From Callorhinchus milii (Eukaryota), in contig NW_024704742.1 in the NCBI RefSeq assembly GCF_018977255.1, positions 75,146,001-75,210,000 of the forward strand: DNA of 64,000 nucleotides, given 5' to 3'. The notes below the pieces were generated by a model. It searched no databases. It was not told where the DNA came from and saw nothing but the letters and a program-made list of their open reading frames with translations. A program made the translations under genes and the position numbers. The first letter of the stretch is position 1. Every line of letters starts with the position of its first letter. Positions 24,511 through 38,060 of the stretch are shown piece after piece.

Positions 24511-25869
24511 TTAACATGTTTCAAAGTCCACAGAGTTTCAGCTGACACAAGTCTGATTGTTTAACAGAGTAACAAGTTTGGCTATAACTTGCCATTAGGT
24601 TTGATCCTCATTTATTCTTCCTACCTCACATCCAGTCCCTGACCAGGACCACCTTCCTCCACCTTTGCCATATTGTCCGTCTTCATCTCTATCTTACTTC
24701 AAACACTGCTATAACTCTCATTCATGTTTTTGTCCCTCCCCACCTTCAAATCCCACCTAAATACTTTCCTTTTTGATCGTGCTTACGGTCACCTCCCCTC
24801 TCTCTTGGTTTGTTGTCAGACTCCTTCACTGTGAAGCAATCCGGGATGCTACCCTGCGTGAAGGGAGCTATATAAATGCAAGTGGTTGTTGTTGTTTTAT
24901 CACATTCATCCTCGATTGTTCCAATGCACTTCTCACCGTTCTCTATTAACAAGGTCCAAATGATTCAAAATACCCCAGGCTCCGCATTCCCATCATCCCA
25001 GTTCTTGCAAGGCTCCACTGGCTCTCTCTTGCCAAACAGATTGACTTCAAGACCCTCACTTTCACTTTCAAATCTCTTCATGTCCTGGCACCTCCCTACC
25101 TCTCCAATCTGTTCACACCCCACTCCTCTATCTGCCACTTTTGCTCAGCTGGTTCAGTTCTGCTGACCGCCCTTTGTCCCCTCCACTTCACAATTGGTGG
25201 CCGTGCTTTCAACCCCGAATCTTAGAACTCCAGCCTCAATCCCTCCGTCTTGCCCCTCTTTACCTGACTTAAAATTACACCTGAATACTTTTCTCTTTGA
25301 CCGTGCCCTTGGTCATCTTCTCTCACTTTCCAGCTCAGCGAAAAACTATGTTGTTAAATGCTCACAGATGCTATCTGCATGAAGAGCGCTGTATAACTTA
25401 TGACTAATCCTTGTTGTATTAGTGGCTTAAAGGACTTTTACAGCTTCCACTTTCTGTATTTGAATGTGGTGACCTGTGCAGTTGGTTGTAACTTAATGAG
25501 GAGGAACATTAATCAGGGGTTCTTCACTCCAAGTTTCTTGGAGATTTTTTTCAATGTGATCATTTTATCTTTCTTCTTCTGCTGCTGCTCGCTATATGGA
25601 CAGCTATGCCTACCTTTAGATGACACATTTTCTTGTTCAGGTGGAAGTTCTTTCTCCTTACCTATCTCCTTCCCTCGCTCCCTCAAGGATCAAGGATCTC
25701 TTACTGGGATTAAGGACTACTTTCTAGGAAACAGGGAGTGTGGCAAAATGAAAGATGGTCTCTAGAAGGTGTGGGCTTGAAGTGCTGAACGGATTTTTCT
25801 CTGTCCTTGAATTGTTATGTTATTAAAGATCTTATTTCACATCCAGGTGATTTGTCTCCTAAATTTCTA

Positions 25870-27010
25870 GAACCAGAGAACCATAGAAATGTATAGCATA
25901 GAAGAAGGCTATTTGGCCTTTTGTGTCTGTACTGTCTCCCTCAAGAGAAATCTTTTCAGTCCTATTTACCTGCCCTTTCCTCATATCCCTGTAGCTGACT
26001 CTTTTAAAGGTATTTGTTCCCTCTTGAAGGCCAATATAGATTCTGCCTCAACTACTACTCCCAGCAGGGCATTTCATATCCTAACTACTCTGCGCTTAAT
26101 AATTCTTAATTTTCTATCAGGTCACGTTCAACTTTCTTTGTTCCAGCACAAAAAGTCCCAGTTCCTCTAGTCTCTGCTCATAAGCCAAACTGTTCATCCC
26201 TGGTATCATCCTAGTAAATCTCTTCAGCACCCCTTCTGTCAGCTTGACATATTTCCTGAAGTGGGGTAATTATGTGTGCAATACTGGACACAATATTCTA
26301 ACTGCAGTCTCACTAACAATTTATATATTTTGCATTACCTCTTTGTTTTTACATTTTACACCACTATTTATAAAACCTAAGATTCCATTTTTTAAAGAGC
26401 ATTATCCATCTGCCTTCAAACCTTTAAGGATTTATGTACATTAACCCCCAGGTCCCATTGCTCTTTCACACCTTTTAATATTTTACCGCCTAATATATAC
26501 TTGTTCTCTTCACCAAAATGAATATTACATTTGTCTGCATTAAATTCCATTTGCCATTTCTCTGCCCAATCAACTAATCTGTCAGTGTGTCCCTGAAGTT
26601 ATTTACAATTTTCTTCATTATTAGCTATTTTCGTGTCTTTTGCAAACTTAGAAATTGTGCCCCTTATACAGAATCCATTTATATCAATGGTGAAGAGCAG
26701 TGGTCCTAACACTAACTTCTGGAAGACATCACTATTTATATCTCTCCATTGGAAATAACAACCCTGTACTCCCATCCTCTTTTTCCCATCCTTTAACCAA
26801 CTTTCTATTAATACCATGAGCCGTAATTTTTTTAATAAGCCTCAAATGCAGCACCTTATTAAAAGCTTTCTGAAAATCCATATGTACTACATCCACAGCA
26901 TTACCTTCATCTATTTTCCAGGTTATTCACAAGAAACTCTATTTAGAGCCACCTTCACTCAGCTGGCTCGGTTCTTTAATCAACCCATGTCTTTCCAAGT
27001 GGTTATTAAC
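25870..27010 (-). mobile_element. CR1 LINE 3' fragment (degenerate)
   Basis: VLGPLLFTIDIN..ISKFAKDTKI; CR1 tail near 25870. Confidence 0.8.
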
Positions 27011-27019
27011 ATTAGTGTT

Positions 27020-27290
27020 AGGGATAAGCAGCGTCTCCTTGGAGCTGAACTGGCTCCAAGGAGACATGCTTGGCAACAGAATTTCGGAATCGAGTCAGCC
27101 CTCTGTGGCGGTCTCTAGTCCGGTTCCTGACCAGACGGGTCCGCAGTATTCCAGGGCACTGCTGATGACAGCCCAGCCAGCCTGGCTCATCGGCAGAACT
27201 TGGAAGGGCAGACCAGTCACTGGGGACAGGAAATCGTCCCACTCAGCTCTTGTTAACCTTCAAACCACAGCTCTAACCGGTAGGGTGCTG
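27020..27290 (+). mobile_element. Unclassified ~600-bp retroposon, 5' half
   Basis: Contains the ccttggagctgaactggctccaagg hairpin and downstream sequence shared with the 58539 copy. Confidence 0.8.
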
Positions 27291-29164
27291 TCTTTGTCAT
27301 AGGTACTCTGTACTGGGTATCTGTTTGATGCAGCAAATTTCCTCGTGGATCCCTGCACTGTTTTTCCCTCCTTCCTTCCGCAGTCCTTCTGCCTTGCCCC
27401 CTCCCTTGCTTCCTTCAAGACCCAGCTCAAAACCCTCCTCTTTGACTGTGCCTTCGATCATCCTCTTTCCCCCCCTGCCCTCAACCCTCCCCGATCCCGA
27501 CCCCCAGCTCGGGTTGAAAACACTGACAGTCCAATGGCGTGGGAGGTATTCCCAACTTGAAAAGCACGACACAAATGTAATTTTGTTGTTGTTGTATATT
27601 TTCTTTCTCCTGTGGACAGTCACCCATTTTCCTTCCTCAATCTGTGGGGTAGCCATCTCCTGGAGGATGCAGTTCAGAAACCACTCAGCCTGCCATATGT
27701 GACAGAAAGTCCTCAACTGCTGCTCAAGCTCAGCAATGTTTAGCTCAAGTGCATGCAGTTGGGCACACTTCACCCATGTATAGTTGTGTAGTTGCCAGTT
27801 TAAATTGGGTTGTAATTACTATAATTTATCTGCTGATCATGCTACACATTTAGTAACATTTTGTATTCAATTGTAATTTTGGATCACTATCAAAACTTAA
27901 TCAGGCCTTGTTAACTGGTTATTTGTGGCCAAGCATAACTTTACGATTTCCGTATCTTTGAAAACTTGATGGCTGTTAGGTCTGGCATGGACATTCTAAA
28001 CCTCATCTTAGAAGAAACAGACATGTATGTTTGCAAAGAACTTGCAATATAGAGCATATATCTTTAAGAGTACAACTTTGTTCATCATATCGATAAATGT
28101 ATGTCTCTTTGAGGTCAAGCAACCAAGTGCACATGCTCTACCATTTATCTCTGATGAGCTCAGACAGCAGCTCTTATCTCAGATGAGCTCATGCAGGATT
28201 CAATCCCCAGAGCAGTGAACTCTTTAACACATGTTTATTCTGTGGGAGTTTAGAAATGGAAGTTCAAGTGATAAAACTCAACTTCCTTAAATTAATATGC
28301 AACATTGACAGCGTCACAGCTAAAACAACTTTGAGAAGCCAAGCAAGGATCAGTGAAATATGACAGAAAATTTTAAATAGTTTTGAAAAAGTAAGCGTAA
28401 ATAAATGTTAAGATACACCAAGACAATAGAACAAGGGGACATAGGTTTACAGTTGTAAAGGGCACTTTCAAGACAGAAAGCTGGAAGTTTTTCTTTCTTT
28501 AGAGGAACATGTTGCCAACAGGAAGGGTGGTTGAGACCAGGACGATGGCAGTTTGATGCTGTGCTGTGATAAGATGTTCTGATGGGGAATGGTAGTGTGG
28601 GTGTTCTGGAAAAATGAGATTAGCTGGGTCGAAGGGTCATCTTAATCCAAACCATCTTATCTTATCATCTTGTGCATTGGGAAATTATTGAACAATACAT
28701 TATTAAGAATGTTGCTACTATGAAAACTGCTCCTCCAAATAATGCGAGAAATAGCACTTTCTCAGCTATTGTTTGTCACTATGTTAGCATGATATAGTGG
28801 ATGCATGCAACTAATCGCTTGGATCTGAAGAGCGACTTTAGTCTTTCCTTCAACCAGTTTGGAGTTATTTGGCTGCAAATGGATATACCACTATGTTGAG
28901 TCCATACCCTGAGATGTATTGGGCTTATGTAGTGAGCTTGAATGTACCCCAAGGCTCTTCTTCAGTGAATAATTTTATTTGGAGGATTGTTGGCCAGAAC
29001 ACCGGGAGAAATTCTCTTCTCTTTTTGAATAGTGCCATGAGATCTTTAATAAGCACCTGGACAAACAGATCTCAGTTTAACATCTCATCTGAAGGACAGT
29101 GCCTCTGAAAATCCAACGCCTGCCCAGCACTATATTGAAGTGTCAGCATAAACTAAACTAAAGC

Positions 29165-30330
29165 AGGTTTCAGCGAAATCTTTTCTTTTGACTGCTCGGC
29201 CAAAGGAATTTGCCTTTGGTTAAGACCAGCATCAAAATAAATTTGCCAGACTCCAATTTTGGTCCAACAACTCATTCACCCAGGAATCGGATATGCATCA
29301 AATTTCGAAATTGCATTGACTTTCCGACAGTCAGTGCAAAATTGGATGCTTCATCCGGTTTGGGCACCATGAGAATTGGGCTACACCACTCACATTCAGA
29401 CGCCTCAATGATTCCCAGCTCCAGCACACCTTGCAGCTCCTTCCTCACCTTACCCTACCTTGCTCCCTGGATCCGCTAAGGATGGGACTTCACCGTCACA
29501 CCTGGTTCGGTGTCCACCACATATTCTACCAGGTCAGTCTCTCCAAAAACACATTCAGGTATCGGTATACCAATCAATCTTCCTGTGCTTTTTGGGCCCT
29601 GGTTACATTATTCCCCGTGGACACCAACACAGAGGAGTTCTAAACTGGGATTTGGGGCCATAAATCTACCTCCTGCTCTATAGGATGTACAAACAGGTTA
29701 TCATGACTTCAATAGGTTTACGTGATAAATCTGTTTCTGTTTCTTTTTCCCTGGCTGGTACATTTCATAATCTACTCTTTCAGTACGACATACTATTTTG
29801 AAGGGCTCCTGACATTTAGCGGTAATTTACTCTGATGATGGGAGTAAGAGCAGTGCCCTGTCTCCAAGGCAGTACTCACATGGCTGAGCCCCTGATTATA
29901 ATGCTGTTCTTGGGTTTGCTGTGTGTTCAGCAGTTTTTTTTAGTGAATTCCACAATAATATCTGGGCTTTCTCTGGGCTCTAGGACGTACTGCAAGATAT
30001 TTTCTGTGTGGGTAGGTTGTTCTTCACATGTTTCCTTAACCAAATCAAGTATTCCACGTGGCTGTGTGCCGTACAAGAGCTCAAAAGGAGAAAAGCCCTT
30101 GTAAGCCTTGGCACAGGGAACAGAAAGGGGAGGAGCTTGTCCCAATTTTGATTTTCCCATATTACAAATTTCCAAAGCATCCCCTTAAGCATTGTATTAA
30201 ACTGTTCTACCAGCCCATCCGTCTATGGGTGATAGACCGAAGCCCGAATGGAGGTTATTTTAAGCTCCTTTAGAATGGATTGTAGGAGATCAGACATGAA
30301 ATTTGTTCCCAGATTCGTCAGGATTTATTC
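29165..30330 (-). mobile_element. Gypsy LTR-retrotransposon pol remnant with Gmr1-type order (integrase upstream of RT)
   Basis: Minus strand: integrase (GTNFMS...YHP.TDGLVE.FN...WDKLLP...FSPFELLYG) at ~30.3-29.9 kb, then the RT N-terminus (LGIIEASECEWCSPILMVPKPD...RKVNAISKFDAYPIP) at ~29.5-29.2 kb; stops and frameshifts present. Confidence 0.85.
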
Positions 30331-33019
30331 AATTTAATTAAATTGTGAAATAAAAACAGCCGCCACATGGTTAAATAGTCGATAAATGGTATCGGCATCA
30401 TTGCTTACTCAGGTTCTGTAAATAAATAAACAGATTTTTAAAACTTTTGGTGAGAATACTTCCAAAACAATTGGAAATTATTCTATACGACTGATCAATA
30501 AGTAATTGTAAGTAATTCATGTGAATTGCAGTAAACTCTGGATAATAATACATTGGTTTAAGTAGTCACTACCACTTAAAAAAAATGTACCAATATCCTG
30601 ACTGCACGCCACGCAAAATGTTGATAAGGGATTCTAATTTATTCATCCAATTATTACATAAATAGTCACATACTAGATATTCTCATAATTGCACTCAATA
30701 TAAAATTGCTCAGATAAATCGCCAGGAGCTGAACCGAACTCTTGCGGTATGGTATCTTACCTGTACTGTACATGCAACTGCAAAATATTAGCTCTCCTGT
30801 CTGCCTCATGCACAGCCCCTCATCCCATTCCCTGACCCTGACTGACAACCAGACTAATAATAAAAGGCCGGGCATCACCCACAGCCCACCTGCTGACTGA
30901 CTGGCAACCCAATCTGCTACTCACAGCCTCTCATCCACCTCTTGACTGTCATAAAGTGGAGTACTGGGAATTCATAGAATCATAGAATAATATAGCACAG
31001 AAGGAGGTCATTTGGCCCATCGTGTCTATGCCGGCTCTTTGAAATAACTTATCTGAATCAATCCCATTCCCACGTGCTCTCCCCATAACCCTGCAAACTT
31101 GTCCTCCCCAAATAATTATCTATTTCTATCTTAAAAGTTGTTTTTGAATCGGCTTCCACCATCCTTTCAGACAATGCATTCCAATTAGGAACAACTTGCT
31201 GTGTCAAAAATAATATAAAATGTTTTCAAAGAACAAACCTAAAGAGGATGGAGTTTGAAAAGTAAACTATTTCTGTCCTGATAATTTGTTTTTAAAAAAG
31301 TTCTAGTAATGGAGGAAAAAAGCAATAGTGTGCCTCAGACATAAATTTGTGATTTACAGTATATTGCATCAATTGGGCTGGAGGTGATCCCTCTTCCACT
31401 AAGGCACAATGTGTGTTGGTGACGGTCTTCCTGGCCACATCGCCCCCTTGTGGCTCTGGAGGATCTATGCTTAATTCAACACTGGATAAATAGTCGTTGT
31501 GCTCTTTTCCCTTGGCGTGTATCAGGAGTTTACTGTAGATAACTCTTTTTTTACATCCACACTATTATTGCAACTATGCTTTCTCTGCCACTTTAAGTTT
31601 CTATAGCCTCAGTGGGGAAGGTACTTGGAACTGGCCTGTAATCCAATGCAAAGACATTCTAACCTGAGAAAATACATTATGCTGTGATATTCCCAAAGTC
31701 TCATGACGCTGAATCAGGTGCTAAGCTAGTCAATAACAATTGAAGTAAATAGTGAGTGGGGGCAATGTCTGCTTCCCCAGTCAGTAATGAAAGGCAGCCT
31801 GGCAGAGGAAATGAGTTGAGATGGTAGGTCTGCATGAGCAGTGCTAATTCAGCCTGGCTGAGGTGTAACCCAGTGTCTTGGGATGTCCTCCCGACGTGAA
31901 AGGTAGTATATAAATGTCATTTGTTGTTGTGATTTGGTGTATTTGGACAGAAAATATTCCCTTCACTTTAAGCAGGTAGGAAAAAAGGCTGTGAAAGCTT
32001 GTCCCACTGCCTGCTAAAATCTGTTTCTCACATCCTGCAATAGCTGACTGCTAAGATGCATTAACTTATTCCTGTTGCAAACAAAGGCATGAAGGAGTTG
32101 CAGAGGTGCAGTATGCAGATAATACAGGCTTTTCCACCGCAAATCAGGGACTTTGAGTGGGAAGCCTTGGGTGGGGGCACTTTAAAATTCTGACACATAA
32201 ACTCTTAAGGAAGACTCATCAAAGCTGCAGATATTGAAGGAATTGGCTGCTCGCCAGGTCATGCTCCACAGGCATCATTTGAAAAGAGGATAATTCCTTT
32301 CCCTTAAACAGATCAGATAATTGGAAGAATCTAGGCTGATTTCCATTTCACCTGATTAACTGGACATTTAACATCTTAAAATGCAGAGGTGTTGTGGATA
32401 TGGAACAGTGGGTAGCCTGGCCTTTATTGCATAGTACAGCTCTCTAAAAATTAGGCTGGCTAATTCTGTCGTGCTGATCTTTACTTTGTATTTGTGTGTA
32501 AGATTGAGTATGTGTGAATATGTGAGTGTGTATATGAGAGGTGTATAAAGATTGTATGTGTGAGCATGTGTAAAGAGTGAGTGTGGTGCGTAAGAGTTTC
32601 TGTGAGAGGGAGAGGGAAAGAGAGATGATCTGTTATACATCAAAGGAAGATATTTAATTGGAAAGTTGTTTTGCCCACAAAATATACAGTCAAATCACTT
32701 TATAGTATATTCTGTGAAGCCCTTTGACACATCTCGAAGACATGGTAAGGCGCTATATCATATGCACAAATTATTATTACTAAAATCCAGTGAGGCAGGA
32801 AGAAAGCAAGAATACAGGACTTTCTTAAGAAAAAGATTGTATATGTAGATTTCTTGTTTTTTTAAAGTCTCAAAGGAAGAGTCTTGAATAAATTAATAAA
32901 TCTGGACAGCGTGTTATTAGTTATCAGCCCTTCCCAGTGAAGATGTCACAAGTAACAGAAAAAATAGTATTGTTGAAAATTGAAAATGGTATTGTTTTAT
33001 TGCATTGCTTGCAGTAGAG

Positions 33020-33432
33020 GTGTCACCCTGACTCACTCTCATTTCCGAATTAGAAGGTAGGGGATTGAAGCTCCATGGCAGGACTTTGAAATCATAGTCC
33101 AGTCTGATGCTCCAATGCAGTGCTGCGTGTGTGTTGCTCTGTTGGAGGTGCTGTCCTTTAGAAGAGACGTAAACTGAGGCCCTGGCTGCTTGTTCAGGTG
33201 GACTTTGAAGGTCCCACGTCACTATTCGAAAAGAGATGGGAGTTTTCGCCAGTAATAATTCTCAGATAAAATTGATCATTGAGTTCATGGCTGTTTGTGG
33301 AACTTCATTGCTGCGTGAGAATTGGATGCCATGTTTGCCTACAAAATGTACAGTCACTTCACTTTACTGTGACGAGCCTTGGGACGTTTCCTGACATGAA
33401 AGGCACTATATCAAAATGCAATGATTATTAGA
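33020..33432 (+). mobile_element. Deu-type SINE
   Basis: Deu core (gttcaggtggac..gtcccacgtcactattcgaaaagag) and shared tail. Confidence 0.8.
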
Positions 33433-36009
33433 TTATTGTTTATCACATTCTTTAGATAATAGAACAGTCTAGGGCACTGGAAAGATTGTAGAATTCTGAC
33501 AATAACAATAATAAACCGTGCATTTGATACAGCACCTTATCACGTTGTTGAGACATTTCAAAGCGGTTCACAGAATATACTGTACATTTTGTTGCTGAAA
33601 AAAAACCTATTCAAACGCCTGACTTTATAGAGTTTAATGTTAAATACACAAAACTGGGTGAAATTAGCAAACTTGGGTCATGTATGATTCAACATAATGT
33701 TACCCAAAACAGTTTGCAGGTCGAGCAGTCTGACACCTGCATAGGATGAGGAGGAGAAAGATGAGGTCAAGAAAGACCTGCTTCAGTTGAACAGAAACAT
33801 TCCTTATCTGCCAAAAACAGTTTATTGGGATGATTGTAACAAGAATAACAAAGTCTTGTACGTATATTTGGCTTTCACATAGACAAATATCTCAAACCAC
33901 TTTGCAAAGGTGGAATGGTAGCCATAGCAGAGGGAGGCTTAGGTGAGATAAGTGGGAAGTGCCTGAAAGTGTATTCAAGGAGAGAGGTTTTTGGATGGGT
34001 TATGAAAAATAGGGAGGGAGGGGATGAGGCAGAGTGGCTTCAGGGATCAGAAATCGATCTTGTAAGGACCTTCCCCAACAACAAAATTACATTTGTATAG
34101 CGCCTTTCACGTCAGGAAGATGTCCCAAGGTGCTGGACAATCTGTGTTTCGGACACAAGCTAGGTGTCGGGATTGGGGAAGATGGAGAGCAGGGGAGCAA
34201 GTAGGGTGATCGAAGGCACAGTCGAAGAGGACAGTCTAGAGACGGGTCTTGAAGGAGGCAAAGGAATGGACGAGGTGGAAGTACTATGAGATGGAGCTCC
34301 AGAGGGTGGGGGCAGAGTGGCTGAAAGCCCGCGCACCAATGGTAGGGCGGGCGAGGTGGGGGACATGAAGCAGGCCAGAGCCCGCTGAGGTGGGGAGAAC
34401 GCTCTTATGGATAGCCTCAACAGCTTTCGATTTTATTCTATAAAAATGAGAATTCACAGGATTTCCAATTTTCTCCAAATTAAGGAAAATGCACTCCTAT
34501 TAAACAATTTTTTTAAAAATAGTTTTTAATCTATAAAAATGGCTGATTTTATAGGTTGTAAGGTTACTACTAAGGGCAACTCCTATGTGCTGCACAGGGC
34601 GTGACATTATTGCACTGACTGTCTGAGCATATATGCACTTCACACAGAAAGTGATGTCCATGGCAACCTGAAGTCAACCATTATTATAGTCAAAAAGATT
34701 GCTAAAAACCTAAAAGATCTGCGAAATATTAAGGTAAAATAAATGGTGATGTACATTAAAGAAGTGTAAAAATTAAAAATTGAACAATAGAAACCTCCTG
34801 ACAGCCAAGCGTGAGCAAAGAGGCCTCGGAAATCCCTACCGCCTCCTCAGCTGTGGGTGGTGCAAGGTTCCAAGATACCAGTAAGGAGAACAATTAGAGG
34901 ATAAATAGCAAGTGTGGGAAGAAATGTTGGCAAAGTACAGGCAGCATCACTACTGATGAAGCTCTCCACTGGAATCAAACTTAACAAGCTCAAAATGTGG
35001 AGATAACATGTGGAGTCGTGTAGTGGTTAGAGCAATAAGTAGGAACCTGGTTGTTGGTCGATTGGAGGACGATTTTCCAGGGTAAATAAACCCATCAAAA
35101 AAAATTTTTTTAAAAATAATAATTTGGTCACTCAATCCATGACTTTACAGTATATTCTGTAAAGCACTTTGAGACAGCTCAAAGATGTGATAAATTGCTA
35201 TATCAAATGCAAGGATTATTATTATTTACTTATAAAATGACGATCACAAGAAAATGTATTTTAGAGCAGATTGCCTTCTTGAGCTCTTGGCTGCAGTTTA
35301 AGAAGTTTTACAATAAACATATTCTGTTGTTCATCATTAGATGTTAGCGTTGGTTTGTAGTTGCAGTAATCTGGTAACTGAATTGGTTGGTTAAACCTTG
35401 GTTTAAAAACAGTAGATTTGATCATATGAATATTAGATAGGGATGTTTGAAATCCTTTCTAATTGATTTTCACTATACTCTTTTGGTAAAGATGATAGGT
35501 AAATCTTGATTTTCTCTGAAAAAAACTCAATTGAGTCTTTTTTATAAAAATATATTTCTGTATGTGCGCACGTTACTTTGCTATCAATTGATGCACACAT
35601 CGTATGCTCAGAAAGCCTCCTAATGCTGGTCTCTCAGTGTTGTAAACACATAATGTGTTTCAAGGTGCATTCTCAATGCCTAAATGTATAATCTGGCATC
35701 TGAAACATTCACATTTGTTGCTGGCTGCTTGGTGCTATCCTGTGAATATTTTTAATGGTATTTTTTGATTACCTTTAACTTGGACAGAAAACACTTCAGT
35801 TTTTCTGATGTTCCAAAATAATTCCCAATTTAATTTGAATCTTTCCAATCCTCTGCCGTAGATTTTCATGTGTTTCCAATGCAGAAAATAGACCATGAAA
35901 AAAATTATCTTTGTTTTTATTTTGTGGCATTATCTGCATCGAATATTGTGGTCTTATTTTATGGGTTTCTGTCCATCCACATTTAGAATCAACAACAGAC
36001 TTGATAATA

Positions 36010-36417
36010 ATACTAATAATCCTCTAATTCGATATAGCACCTTTCATGTTGGGATGCCATCTCAAAGTGCTTCACAGGATTTACTGTGAACTGAAGTATT
36101 TTATGGTGACTGCCGCAGCCAATTGCACACAGCAATGTCTCACAAACAGCCAATTTTATTTGGGGGATTATTGACCGGGACACTAAGCGAAACACCCTCC
36201 TCTTTATGAATAATGTCTATAATATCCACCTGAACAGGCAGAAGGTAGCTCGGTTTAATATCTCATCTGAAGGAAAGAACCTACATCAATGCGATGCATC
36301 CCCAGCACTGCATTGGAGTGAAGCCTAGACTATATGACTTCAAAGTCCCAATGTGGGGCTTCAACCCACAACCTTCAGACTCAGAGGTGAGATTGTTACC
36401 TACTGAGCAGCCTGACA
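36010..36417 (-). mobile_element. Deu-type SINE
   Basis: Reverse complement of the head (caaccttcagactcagaggtgag..ctgagcagcctgaca) and tail. Confidence 0.8.
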
Positions 36418-36904
36418 CTATACACAGTACAAATGGGAGCTCTTGGTCTTCATTTAAAGGAACATCTCAAAGTGCATGGTAAATATATTGGCAAGCAGGA
36501 AAATAGAGATTCCAAGATGCTGATCAAAGACACAGTGAAAGAGATATGCTTTCAAAGTTTTTTAAGCCATGGGAGAGGTATTGAGCAGAAGTGGTTTTGG
36601 CAGAGACTTCCAGAGGAACAGGAGTCTGGTGTCTGAAAGCTCGGTCACTAAAGGTGGAGCAAAGGGAGTGGAAGTGAGCAAAAACCGAAGTCAGAAAAAC
36701 TGAGGATATAGATTGGGTGTGCAGAGTCTCCTGTGGGAAATAATTCACGTTTCAGAAATCTGGATCATTTGAAGTTTCTGAAGACTAGGAAAGTCAGGAA
36801 GGTCAGAAACATTAGAAAAATCTAACTTTGAGGGGAAGACAGCATAGGGATAAGAAAAGGGTGTAAGCAGTCAATGTCCAGGAGTGAACTAAGGCACCGG
36901 AATC

Positions 36905-38060
36905 GATACCGTTGACCACTTTATCCTCCTCCACTACCTCTCCTCTCATCTCAATCTTCACGGCTCTGTACTTGACTGGTTTAGATCGTACCTCTCACAC
37001 CATCTCCACTTCATCTCCGCAAGTGGCTTCTCCTCTCGTCTCCACACCGTCTCCTGCGGCGTTCCTCAGGGCTCTGTACTTCGTCCCCTCCTCTTCAATA
37101 GCTATTTGCTCCCCCTTCGTAACATCATCTATAGACATGGGATCAACTTCCACATGTATACGGATGACACCCAACTCTATCTCTCTGCCTCCACCCTCGA
37201 CTCCAGGACCATTGACAGACACAAAATCCTGGATGAGAGCTAACTTTCTTCAGTTGAACGTCAACAAGACCTGATTGACTCCCGTCAGCACCTCCACACC
37301 TCAAGCAATGACAGCATCACCATCATAGGATACACACTCCACTTACTATGCCTGTCTGGAACCTTGGCGTCTTCTTTGACCCTCAGTTATCCTGTCTACC
37401 CCACATCCATGCCATGACCCACTCTGCCTTCCCCCACCTCTGCAAAATCACCCGGCTCCACCCCTGTCTCCGTGGGCCGCCGAAACCCTCATACACGCAT
37501 TCATCACATCCAGGCTTCACTATGCAAACTCTCTGCCTCCCCAACTCCTCCCTCCATAGGCTACAGATCATCCAGAACTCTGCAGCCCATGTCCTCTCCT
37601 GCACAAGGCTCCGCGACCCCATCACTCCCATCCTCGCCCGAGTTCACTGGCTTCCCATCAAACAGAGGATACAGTTCAAGATTCTGGTCCTCACCTTCAA
37701 AGCTCTCCATGGCCTTGCTTCCCCCACCTAATCCCCTACCATCCTGCCCACTCCCTCGGGTAAGCAGGCTCTGGCCTGCTTCACGTCCCCTGCCTCATCC
37801 GCCCCGCCATTGGTAGGCAGACCTTCTGCCACTCTGCCCCCATAATCTGAAACTCCAATCTGCAGTCCCTCCACCTCGGCCCCTCCCTTGCCTCCTTCAA
37901 GACCCGCCTCAAGACCCTCCTCTTCAACTGTGCCTTTGATCACCCTCCTTCCCCCACTGCCCTACACCCTCCCCGACCCCCAGCTCGGGTCCGAAATATT
38001 GATTGTCCAGCGCCTTGTGACATCCTCCCAATGTGAGAGGCTCTATACAGATGTAATACA
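36905..38060 (+). mobile_element. L2 LINE 3' ~1.15 kb
   Basis: GVPQGSVL, SWMRANFLQLNVNKT, LQIIQNSAAHVL..HWLPIKQRIQFKILVLTFKALHGLA. Confidence 0.92.
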
